A stretch of 64,000 nucleotides of DNA. It comes from the human T2T-CHM13v2.0 reference genome, Homo sapiens. Within the stretch, counting starts at the first letter, position 1; each line of letters begins with the position of its first letter. The notes under the pieces were generated by a model, which did no database searches, was not told the origin of the DNA, and saw only the letters and a list, made by a program, of their open reading frames with translations. A program made the position numbers and the translations under genes. The stretch lies in the NCBI RefSeq assembly GCF_009914755.1, contig NC_060942.1; one strand, written 5' to 3'. Below, piece by piece: positions 52,940 through 64,000 of this stretch.

Positions 52940-53090
52940 ACCAAGTGCAAGGCCCAGCTCTGCTGCCATCTGGCTGTGGGAACTTGGGCAAATCATTTCC
53001 CATCTCTGAACCTCAATTACATGATCTATAAAAATGTTAAAATGGGTTTATGGGATCTCTTGGTCCTATCTGGCTCTCATACTCTATGAT
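52940..53090 (+). mobile_element. MIR3-like
   Basis: cccagctctgctgcc..ggctgtgggaacttgggcaaatca..ctctgaacctca..atctataaaa..gatctct.ggtcc..ctct.a.actctatgat. Confidence 0.65.
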
Positions 53091-53257
53091 GCCCATGGAA
53101 ATAACCATTTATCTAGTAATACAGGTGAGATATTTCACATACAACGATTTTCTAGACAACTGAACAACTGAACATTGCCCCACTAAGCAACAAAATGTGT
53201 TTGATTTTTAAACCTACTGCATAAAGTATTCTTTTAATGTTTACATGCTTCCCTTCC

Positions 53258-53307
53258 TCACCATGTTGGCCAGGCTGGTCTCAAACTCCTGACCTCAAGT
53301 GATCGGC
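53258..53307 (-). mobile_element. Isolated 50-bp internal Alu fragment
   Basis: tcaccatgttggccaggctggtctcaaactcctgacctcaagtgatc(ggc); no tail or TSD. Confidence 0.88.
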
Positions 53308-53924
53308 AAATGACACAAACCCTAAAATGTGTGTACTTTCTGCCCCAGCTTCACCCCACAAAGCACTTGAAGGGCTGAGATGCTGAACATGACTGAACCT
53401 TGTCTTGCTGACCCTCTGCCACCAGCACAAGGCTCTTTGCCATGCTGAGCATTTGTCTCTGTCTCTCTGCTTTTCTTCTTCTATCCACCCCTTCCTCATA
53501 GTCAGTCTCCCATGAGTCATGCCCTGGTTGAGAACACCTGCCTCAAGCCGCTTCCTGTACCTCTAATGCAGAACATGGGTTCCCCCAAGGCTGGGCAACC
53601 CAGGGTTCTGAGTGAGGGTGGGGGCAGGGGTGTTCTTGGAAATAAGGTGCCAGGCTTTAGCCATTTTTGCTAACCAGAGGCCCTTTTACCTGACTTTGCC
53701 ATCTGTGTCTGTGTTCTGGATAGGAGAGGTTGCTTGCAGGCTGGTCTCTGGGTAAGCAGAGTGTCACTGGGCGCTGCTTCCTTCTGTCTCAATGGCTGGT
53801 TTCCCCAGAGCGGGGCTAACAGACCATCAGAGGAGCTGACCAACCACGGAGGCCAGATGAGAAAGTGAAATCAGATTTAGAATTTCACTCCAACTCTACA
53901 TCCCTAGCATCATCACCCTTTTCT

Positions 53925-54219
<295 letters not shown>

Positions 54220-54252
54220 AGCATCACCCTTTTCTATAGAGTGATTCCCAGT

Positions 54253-54475
54253 TTTTGTTTGTTTGTTTTTTTTTTTTTTTTTTTTGAGACGGAGTCTCGC
54301 TCTGTTACCCAGGCTCACGGCAACTTCCTCCTCCTGGATTCAAGCCATTCTCCTGCCACGGCCTCCCAAGTAGCTGGGACTACAGGCACGCACCACCATG
54401 CCCTCAAGCTCCTGACCTCAAGTGATCGGCCTCCCAAAGTGCTGGGATTATAGGCGTGAGCCACCACTCCCAGCC
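54253..54475 (-). mobile_element. AluS with three internal deletions
   Basis: Junctions caggct|cacggc, atgccc|tcaagc and gtgatc|ggcctc; TSD gtgattcccagttt / gtgatccccaaattt. Confidence 0.92.
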
Positions 54476-55419
54476 GTGATCCCCAAATTTCAATATGCTC
54501 TTGCCTGTTGCTTTTTCCCATAAAAGATACCATAATTCCTCAGTTGAGGCTTTCTTTTCCCTGCTTCCCCTAGGAAGCCCTCCAGAGGCAGGAGGTTAGA
54601 GGCAGGCTTCCTCAGACGCAGAACTGACTGGCAGAGCAACACGTGTGCACCCACTCCCTCCTCTCCCCGTCAAGCAGCATGAATCCTCACCCTGCTGCCT
54701 CTGCCTTGGGCCCCTGGGCACACCAGCTTCCACCAAGGCTTCACATGCTATGGGGTGGGCAGCCTCTTCCCTTACCTGACCCAGCCAACCTCTGCTTTCT
54801 CACCAACCCTACCAAGATTCCACTGGAACATCTGAACTCCCTGCTCAGGGATGGAACCAGCAAAGAGCCTGGAGGTTGTGGTCACAAAAGAGAATTGGAG
54901 TTTTCCAGCAGGGAGGTAGGCCATTCTGAGAGATGTTAATACCTATGAAAAGGCCAGGCTCCAGCCACATGGAAGGGAGGTTCTGGGGATGAAACACCGA
55001 AGTCACCTTGAGACCAGGGTGGGAAATGGTTTGCAAGACACTGAGGTCAACATGCAAAAAGGCAGGAATCAGGGCTGAGGAGGCCTGGAAGGCAGGTACA
55101 GAGGTTTCTGTGAGCCCACAGCCCTGTTGGCCTGCCCCAGGGAGCAGCATGGTAGCAATGACATGAGCCAAGACTGTAAAATAGCATGAGCCTTGCAAAA
55201 TAATAACTACCAAGAGCCAGGCATTTTCCAAGGCTAACTCACTGCAGTCATCACAACAACCCTGCCCTTGAGTTGGCACCTACTTCCACTTTGCCACCTG
55301 CAGGGTGGAGGGGTGGGGATGTTACATACTGTTAGGAGTTGATGCCGTCATAGGAGCCAGAGCAGAAGGCAAGTTCAGATTTAGAATTCAACCCCAGCTT
55401 TATACATCCCTGATGTCAT

Positions 55420-55572
55420 CCTAGGTCCGAGTCTAGCTCCCAATTTTACAGATGAGTAAACTGAGGCTTACAATGGGTAAGCAGCCAAGGTCACACAGTT
55501 TATAAAGGCAGAGCCTGGATACAAATCCTCACCTACCTCATTCCAAAGTGAACCCTCTTCACTGCCACACTT
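55420..55572 (-). mobile_element. MIR
   Basis: attttacagatgagtaaactgaggct..ccaaggtcacacag..aggcagagcctggatacaaatcc. Confidence 0.8.
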
Positions 55573-55646
55573 CCCTGCAGTCCACAGTTCCCCACTAGGG
55601 CAAGGACCATGACTGCCTGACTGTTTTGTTCCAGAGGATCCTGCTA

Positions 55647-55998
<352 letters not shown>

Positions 55999-57235
55999 CT
56001 AAGAGTGCCAGTGAGGTCATTCCCCTGGGGAGGGCCGGTTTCCAAGAGTTCCTGAGTGGACATGCATCACCTGGCTGTGCCTGCTGCCCCTCTGCTCTCA
56101 CACACACACATGCATCTGGCCAAGGGAAAAAGCCCTGAGGGACAGATGGGAGGCATGGAAGCTGGGGGAGGGGCAAGGAGGTGGCAGAAGAGCACAGTAG
56201 GGGCCACAGGGTCAAGGGGGCTTTAATGCAGCCCTAGGCATGGTGCTGGCTGGCTGGTGGCTGGCAAGACCTATTAGCAGCTTGCTCAGTGGCTCCTTCA
56301 AATTGAAAGGTCACAGCATCCTGGCCATACCCATCAGGGGAGGGAGGACTAAAGGAGGAAAACATTTTTCCCCTCAGTATATTTTCCAATATGAAATGGG
56401 CATGGATGAAAGAAATGTCAGAGAAGAGCAATGATAAATTTTCTCTTTACATCAAGAAGACCAAGTTCAAGTCTGCATCTTTTTTTGATTAGTTTCTTGC
56501 ATATTGCCTAATGCCCACCTAGCACCACCAGATGCAAACTATAGAGGCTGCATATGTGTTTTAGGGAGTCCCTATAATATGTTCTGTCCTGTTGAGATGA
56601 CACATTGACAAATGAATAAAGCAGATCCCTACATAAGGGGGCGTGTGGTCTTGTGAGAGGAGGCTGGGCACACAGCTCCAAAGGCAGAGACCCTGAGTCA
56701 CCCAATCTTGGAGTGATGCTGAAATGAATGATGTCCATGCTAAACGCTGGAGGAGGAAAGTTTAAAGTAGAATCAAGCTTTTCCAGAGGTGGTAGATCCT
56801 CCAGCCCTACCACCACTCAGACTAGTTGGCCGGCCACACGCAGGGGAATGAGCTAAAGTCTGGTCCATTAGGGCCCAAGATGGCAAAGGGCCTAGAAATT
56901 CCACATTTAACAGAGGCCATGCAGTGGGGGTACACAGTACTGGCATCCTGGAGGGCAGTTTTAAAGGGAGGGGGAGAGAGACTGCAAAACTCAGCCCAGG
57001 ATGGGGACTACATTTTCTTCATTTTGTGGCCCCTGCACCTAGCACAGTGCCTGGCCTGTAATGGGAATGCCACCTGCCCTTCATAAACAGGGCTATGTCC
57101 CACAGCATTGACAGTCTGCTGCACTGCACGGCACTACACTGAAATGAGTGCGTTTCCTCAGTGCATGTGCTGAGTCCCACTCTAACTAGACTGGGACTCT
57201 TAAAAACTGTTTTCTTTGTTTATTGTTTTGAGTGG

Positions 57236-57737
57236 AATATTAGCTTTCTATTACTGCTGTAACAAATGGCCACACCCTTAGTGGTTTACACAACATGAAT
57301 TCATTATCTTACAGTTCTGGAGGTTGAAGTCTGACAAGGGTCTCACTGGGCTAAAATCAAGGTGTCAGCTTAGCTGTGTTCCTTCCTGGAGGCTCTAGGG
57401 AGGAACATCTCCTTGCCTTTTCAAGCCTCCAGGGGCTGCCTGCATTCCTTGGCTGGTGCACCTTCCTCCATCGTCAAAGCTAGAAGCATAGCATCTCTCT
57501 GAAGGTTCTTCCGTAGTTACGTCTCCCTCTCTGACCACGGCCAGGCAAGGTTCCTGCTTTTAAGGGCTTATGCGACTAGATTGAGCACATCTGGATAAAC
57601 CAGGATAATTTCCCCATCTCAGTATCTATAACCTTAATCCCATCTGCAAAGCCCCTGTGTCACATAAGGCAACATACTCACAGGTTCTGGGGATTTGAGT
57701 GTGGACATTTTGGAGAGGCCATTTCCTGCCAACCACA
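57236..57737 (-). mobile_element. MaLR solo LTR, MLT1D-like, inserted in an L1M fragment
   Basis: tattag.tttctatt.ctgctgtaacaaat..ttatcttacagttctggaggt..ggtctcactgggctaaaatcaaggtgtcagc..aacatactcacaggttctggggatt..gtggacat..cctgcc.accaca. Confidence 0.9.
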
Positions 57738-58310
57738 AATAACAAATACATTCACATTGTTCAAAACCCAAATGGCATAAAAGGCTATAGATTGAAAAGG
57801 TGCCCTTCCACCCGTCGCCCACCACCCAGTTCCCCTCCCTGTTAACATTTCCTTGTGTTTCTATCCCAAGAGGTTTTATGCCTAAAGCAATAGCAGTACG
57901 TATAATTTTTACACCCATGGTACAGTACCATAATACTGTTCTGCATCTTGTTTTTATCATAACACCCTTGAGATTGTCCTGGATCCATATATAAAAGCAT
58001 CCTTGTTCTCTTTAATGGCTGCATACCCTTCCAGTGTGTGGATGCACTACAGTTGATTAATCTAGTCTCCTGCTGATGGACTCTTAAGTTGTTTATAATC
58101 TTTTGGTCTTACATACAACACTGCAGTGAACAATCTCGTATGTATACCATTTCCTGTATGTGCCTGGATGTCTGTAGAATAAATTCATATAAGTGGAACT
58201 CATGGGCCAAAGGACATCTGCATTAAAATTCCCCAGCTACTGCTGAATGGCCCTTCACAGAGCTGAACTAATGTACACACACACTCCCCACCCCAAGCCA
58301 TGTGTGAGTG
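57738..58310 (-). mobile_element. Old L1ME-like fragment
   Basis: ttctctttaatggctgcata..cagtgtgtggatgcac..tcctgctgatggac..taagttgtt..caacactgcagtgaaca..tctgtagaataaatt..aagtggaa. Confidence 0.78.
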
Positions 58311-59159
58311 CGAGATGGAAGCCCTTTTTGACAGAGAAGCCATGGCTCACACCTCTTCTTTACCCCTCCCTGCTGCCCCCGTGTTTATTCCAGGGATGAA
58401 CCCAGGAAGCCCTTGAGGATTGCTGCCACTCAAAATCCCCTGGACTCTTGTTGGTGACGGGGCAGGAGTGGAGAGGAGGACAAAGCCGGCAGCCAGCAAA
58501 GGAGGGCCCAAGTTCAAAGGTGTTAAAAGACCCGTGGCTTTGGGTGTCTCAACCAGCAAACTTCTCCTCCCTCACGGACTTTCTACAGGCTTGCAAGCCA
58601 ACTGGTTTCCCCAGTGGGGAAAGTATACCACCACTGTCTAAAAGGAGGGCCTCTCGCCATGGATGTGCTACAAGAGGAGATAACAAATGCATTTGGGTTT
58701 CCAATGGCCCAGCTGCACCGTGTTAAGAAAAACGCCGTTTTCCTGCTCTTAATCCATTCCTGGTGGAGATGTTGCTTCAACTTGAAGGAGCCTTTTATGT
58801 GCTGAAGTCAACTGCAATCTAAAAGATAAGTTAAATCACTTATTCAGGAAGACAGGAAGCCTTTGACGGCAGTGACTGATTAAGATTTCACAGCAGCCAG
58901 AGCCAGGCCTATGGAACCCAAAGGGTGCTCGTTCCCTCACCAACCAGCACTGTTGGCCCCTCCTTGGCAGCAAGCCAAGCTCAGAATCCTACCCTCGGGG
59001 AGATTTCCCTCTGACAGAGCATGGAGGGGGCTGGAGCAGACAGAGGGGAGTGCTAAGTCCCAGTAGGTGAACCTGAGAGCCCTGATGACAGGAACTAGAG
59101 ATACCCCACCCTCTGCCCAGCCCCCTTCCTCACCTCCATTTAGCCTTGGCCTGGTCTCC

Positions 59160-59400
59160 CATGGTCAGCTCAAGGGTCCCCTCTTCCAGGAAGCCTTCCC
59201 TGACCCTACAGGCCAGGACTCGCAGGTGCCTTTACACAACATGTTCCTAGAGCACTTGTACTTTACCCCATCCTCGCACCTTTGACTCTGAAGACTTGCC
59301 TGTCACCTGGCATGGCAGCCACTTGACTGTGAGCACTCTGGGGGCAGCACATGGTACCATGCTGGATGCCCACTAAGCTCTTGGCACGTGTTTGGAAGGC
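59160..59400 (+). mobile_element. L2 fragment
   Basis: cagctcaa..gtcccctcttccaggaagccttccctgacc ... gactgtgagc.ctctgggggcag. Confidence 0.65.
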
Positions 59401-60209
59401 AGAGGAACCTGAGCTCAGGGAACAGAGTGACTACCTGCCTTGCCAGTGTCACCTGCCAGCTTATCCAAGTGCTCACAGCCCTGCTGGCTGCTAACCACTG
59501 GGCCAGGCCCTGGGGGCATCCGCAGTATTCCAACAGGGCTTCTTGTCCTAAAATGCCACCCAGGCCCCAAAGGCCCACTGTTAGAATCCACTCTTTTAGC
59601 AAAGCATCACCTCCAGAAAGTTCCCATCCCCAAGAGGAGGCACAGTCTCACCCTGTGGTCCTCTTCATCTGCTTGGCCAGCCAGGGATGGGGCTCAGGGG
59701 AAGGATTAATCTAGGGCCCAGGATGCTGACCAGGGTGAGCAGGCTGGAGGAGGCACTGGGGTGGGCAGTCCATGGGCAGCCTGGGGGCACTGGGTCCAGA
59801 AGATGAAAGTATGCCTCAAGGGCATCAAGGTAAGATCCCAACTTTACACATGAACAAAACCCTCAGAAGAGCAGAACTGGGCTAAGTTCAGGACAGAAGA
59901 GATGTGCAAGCAGGTGAGCAAATGATGTCAAGGTTGGAGGTGAGCTGAAAGGCGCAGGGGGTAGCTCTGTGGAAAGCACAGTGTTCACTGTGTTGGGAGG
60001 GCTGGGACCCAAGTTACTCCACCCCTAGTCCCCCACTTCTGCACCAGTGGTAGCCCTGGGCAGGCCATCAACCTTAGATATCTGAATATGAGAATCATCA
60101 TCTGCCCTGCCTGCCTTGCACAACTACTGCTCTACATTAAATCAGAAAGGAGATGAGAAAATTCTCTAGAAGCCTAAAAGCAATATAGAAATAGAAACTG
60201 TTGTAACAA

Positions 60210-60445
60210 TCATCATTTGCTTTTTCAGAGTGTCTTGCAGCCTGTATAGGGCTTTCCTATCCAGTAACCTCCTAACCCTCAAAACAACTCTGGGAGATAG
60301 GTATGGATATGTATACTCAATTTACAGATGTGAAAACTGAGGAACAGATAGTTCCAGCCCAGAATCACACCAATAACAAGGGGCTGAGGTGACAGCTATG
60401 TCCAGGTCTTCTGCTGCAAATAGAGTGTTCTATTTACCACACCAA
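60210..60445 (-). mobile_element. MIR
   Basis: taaccctcaaaacaactctgggagataggta..atttacagatgtgaaaactgagg.acaga..ccagaatcacac. Confidence 0.75.
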
Positions 60446-61304
60446 GATGTACCCTCCATTGTCTAAAATCACAAGCTCTGGCTGTACAGAAAACCCTCCT
60501 TATTCTTCAGTCTTTCTATGGATTTGTTGATTCCTCCTCCTTCTTCAATCCATCCGTGGATTTGCTGATTGACGAATGAGCTTCCCTGGTCTCCTTGTCA
60601 TGGCACTGTTTGGGGGAGTTTGTGGTCAGAGTTTTTATCTGAGGACAAGAAACCAGGCTGCAGCCTGGGCTCAGCCTCTTATCCATTGTGGGGCTAAGGA
60701 AGAGTCCCTGTCCCCCAGTATTCTCCAATCCCATCTGATGTTAAAACCTCTTAATGACCCTGATCTAAGCATTTCCAGAAAAAGGTTCTCAGGGCCTTTC
60801 TGGGGGTGGCGGGGGCAATCCTTTGTGACAGCATGAAAAGCCGGATGGGGCTGGCCTGGTTGCAATGGCACACGCTAGGTTCCAGGCACTCCACACGTTT
60901 CTCATGATAACCTCGTGGTTGATACTCACACAGATGAGGAGCTGAAAGGCTGCAGGAGCTGCCCACCATCCTCACACAGCGTGGAAGTGGTAGCACCAAG
61001 ACTGAGGCCCAGGAGGGGTGTCCAAAGGGCCATCCTGCATTTTCCATTGCAGCAGGGTGGGAAGGAGAGGGAGATAGAGGCTTTACCTCTACTCTAAATC
61101 ACCTCCTTAGGTTGCCATATTTTCCTTACTTCAATGAATTATGTGGAACAAAATACACTCAATTGGTAGCAGAAATCGGCCTCCAGTTTCTCAGATCCTC
61201 ATTCAACGAAAGCATCCTTTGCAGGTGCCACTGCTTGGGAATACACCTGTAATTCACATCTGCACACAAAACTCCATCTTTCTTTGAGGCCTGAACAAAC
61301 AGGT

Positions 61305-61459
61305 TTTTGTCGTTTTGTGGTTTTTGTTTGTTTGTTTGTTTAAGAGATGGGGTCTCACTATGTTGCCCAGGCTGGCCTCAAACTCCTGGGCTCAAGGGAC
61401 CCTACTGCCTCAGCCTCCAGAGTAGCTGGGATGACAGGTGCACACCACTGTGTCCAGCT
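61305..61459 (-). mobile_element. FLAM_A-like Alu monomer with (TTTG)n tail
   Basis: gagatggggtctcactatgttgcccaggctgg..aactcctgggctcaag..cagcctcc.gagtagctgggat; TSD acaaacaggttt / acaaataggttt. Confidence 0.88.
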
Positions 61460-62544
61460 TTACAAATAGGTTTCTTAGGCTGACCTTATCAATCTCAACA
61501 TCAACACAATTAAGGAATTTGCTCACAATAGTTTCCTGTTGGAGTCTTTACGTGCACGAACATCGTTCTCACAGACCATCCAATATGGACAAACTTGACT
61601 TGGAAACAGGAAAATAGGGAGGTAATTAATCACCTGGTAAAAGGACACACCCCAGATGTACTTTTCACATCACCATCCCCAAATATGCCTTAAGGGGCAT
61701 CAAGGTAACATCCCAGCTTTATACCACATGAATAGAGCTTCTCTATTCATGTGGTTTTCAGAACATATCCATCTACTAGACTCAGGAACTTGACTTGAGA
61801 GACATGGATATTTCTTGCTTCCTGGCAGCAAATCCAACAGCAATTCCAGTCCCTGCAGCCAGTTAGGCAGGGAGGAAAGGGCTGGTGTGTCAGGGCTGGT
61901 CCAAGCACACTGGTATACTTGAGTCAACATCTGCAGCAGAGGAAGGGAGACAGAGGGGACTGAATAAACGGAGCTGTGCCATTGGGAGTCCACCAAGCAC
62001 GCCAATGCCCTCCTACGCCCCTCAGCTCCAGGCCTCCTGGCCTCACACCACCCTAGAACATTCTTGTTGCCCAAACCTCAGAGGAGGGCTTTCCCTGAAC
62101 CAACTCTGACTTCCTGCTTCCTCTCTGACCCTACATGGTGGTACTCCACCTCTGCCAGACATCCCTTCCCTGCTCTGCCTGCAGCTTCATCAAAGCCTAC
62201 TGGGCCCTGGAGAAGAGAGCCATGCCAATCCCCCCTGCAGTGAGCTAGCATAGTGCATTCAGGTTAGTTACTTTCCTTCTTGGGCATCTCTGGTTTATAA
62301 CATGAGCCTCTTGGAGAGGGCGGTATTTTGAACAAAAGGAAATAATCTTTCATTGTGAAATTTCAAGGACTGTGGGGGAAGAAATCCAGTGAGGCTGGAG
62401 GGCAGTAATGGGGGAACAGAGAGATCTCTGAGATACAACAATGTCACACGGACCAGCCATGAGCTACTACTGGAAATCTGTTTTTCAAAATTTAAAAGAG
62501 TCAATTTCCAGATGTCTGCTTAGCGGAGCCAAACTGCTGTTGAT

Positions 62545-62950
62545 TTGTTCCCAGTTCGCCACGGAATAAAGTCTGAACTCCTCACCCGAGCACTCCAGAC
62601 CTTCCACGTTCTGGCTCCCATAAAGCCTGCTCTCCTTCCTGCCCCTCCTAGGAACCCCACTTGGCCATTCGCTTCCGCACTATCCTGCAGACCTGCTCGG
62701 GGCTTCCCAGCCTGCACACTAGCCCAGGCCTGAGCATGCTCCTTTACCAGCACCACTGCACTGCACAACTCCAGTGGGTGCCGTGCTCATGCCAGGCTGT
62801 GTGCGTGCAGTGCACAGCATGGCAATCCATGTGCTGCCTCATCCATAGCCTCCACTTCAGGAAGTCTCCCGTGCACCCCTGCAACCTTCCTCTTCTCAAT
62901 TTCTTTGTTGCCTAGAACCTGCAGCTCACTTCAGGCACTGGACACTCCCT
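62545..62950 (+). mobile_element. L2 fragment with a nested MER91-like MITE (about 62750-62840)
   Basis: ggaataaagtctgaactcctca..gaccttccac.ttctggctcc; palindromic tgcactgcacaactccag..gtgcagtgcaca. Confidence 0.55.
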
Positions 62951-63089
62951 GCTTCACATTCTCTTGATCTGAGTGGGTGGGGGTAGGTCCCCAATCAGAG
63001 CACAAATGCCCTGAGGGCAGTGACTGAGTCCTAAGACCTCACACCCCAGGTGAGCGGGCTGAGAAGTTCACGTTGGCTTTCTACTGTGA

Positions 63090-63259
63090 ACTTTTCCTGG
63101 GCCAGCATCCACAGCAGCAACAGGCAACTTGCTAGAAATGCACATTCTGGGGCCCCACCCCAGAAGTCTTGAATCAGATGCTCTGGTGGTGGGGCCCAGC
63201 ACCCTGTTTTGGCAAGCCCACCAGGCAACTCCGATGCGCATGAGGCTTGAGACCCACTG
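63090..63259 (+). mobile_element. MER5A MITE
   Basis: aacttgctagaaatgcacattctggggccccaccccaga..tgaatcaga..ctctgg..gtggggcccagca..ctgtttt..caagccc.ccagg..ttgagacccactg. Confidence 0.85.
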
Positions 63260-63909
63260 AGTTATAGGATCCTCAACATCCTTTCTGGGTTTACTCAACA
63301 GGGTTTTCCAGCTAGGGAAGGGGCAGGCATCATCTTGTCGGACTGTTACAGAGACCCCATCCCCAGGTATTTCTCAGGCATCTCCAAGTGAACTCGCTCA
63401 GAAAGCCTCCATGCAGCCTGAAGTGCTATCATGCCAAGGTTGCCAGCCAACAGCGCAGAGCAGCCAGGATGCTTCAGCGCTCCTCCAAAGGGCTCTCCTG
63501 TTCAACAAGCCTTCCCTGGGCCCTGCTAGCTGGGTGGTTACATTATTCAGCAACCAAGTAGAGTTTAACAGTGTCCCTGTCTCCCAACCAAGCAATTCAC
63601 CCCAACTGTGCTACGGGCTTTTCCAACACAAAGCAGGGCAGTGTTCAGGAACTTGGCAACAGGAAGGCCCTCCTCCAGGTCCCCACACCTTTTCACAGTC
63701 TGCCCAGGCTAAAGCCCCTGGCATCCCATCTCCTAGGGCAGAAGTGAGTAAGGAAGGGAGGTCAGACCAGATATAAAGAGCCAGATCCCAGCGCCACTCT
63801 GGACTTACAGAATCAGAATTGCTAGGAGTACCTGGGGATCCAGATGTTGATCAAGTCTCCCTGCCATTCTTATCGGACAATTCAAGAAATGATCAATGGG
63901 CCGACGTGC

Positions 63910-63990
63910 ATTATCTAACAGATGAGGGAACTGAGGCCCAAAGCAGTGAGTGACTGGCATTCCCTGACCATCCCAGGCCACAGAGCATTC
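63910..63990 (-). mobile_element. MIR core
   Basis: acagatgagggaactgaggcccaaag..gtgagtgact. Confidence 0.6.
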
Positions 63991-64000
63991 TCTCCACCCT

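Overview
This is primate (human-like) genomic DNA, intergenic or deep-intronic, with roughly balanced GC and few CpGs outside Alus. I found no credible protein-coding gene, RNA gene, CpG island or CRISPR array. The ORF track is explained by chance ORFs, Alu frames and one decayed L1 ORF2 C-terminus. The window is a mosaic of interspersed repeats: about 16 Alu/FLAM copies or fragments, many MIR and L2 relics, one 5'-truncated L1PB-type element and older L1M fragments, MaLR solo LTRs (MLT1A0, MSTB, MLT1D) and hAT MITEs (MER1B, MER5A/B, MER20, MER33, MER53, MER91, Charlie4-like). Repeat family names come from my recollection of the consensus sequences, not from a RepeatMasker run, and old-repeat boundaries are approximate. 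I see no support for a new gene-based biological system. The most unusual signals are local DNA-repair or template-switch scars: a 95-bp, 92%-identical inverted duplicate (34.5/35.8 kb), a fold-back mosaic (50.3 kb), a duplicated L2-LTR junction (30.9/31.5 kb), tail-less Alu fragments (one replacing part of a MER1B) and a trimeric Alu within one TSD. There are also a few candidate enhancer motif clusters: tandem octamers, a TCF/LEF palindrome, an NRF1 palindrome and homeobox clusters.
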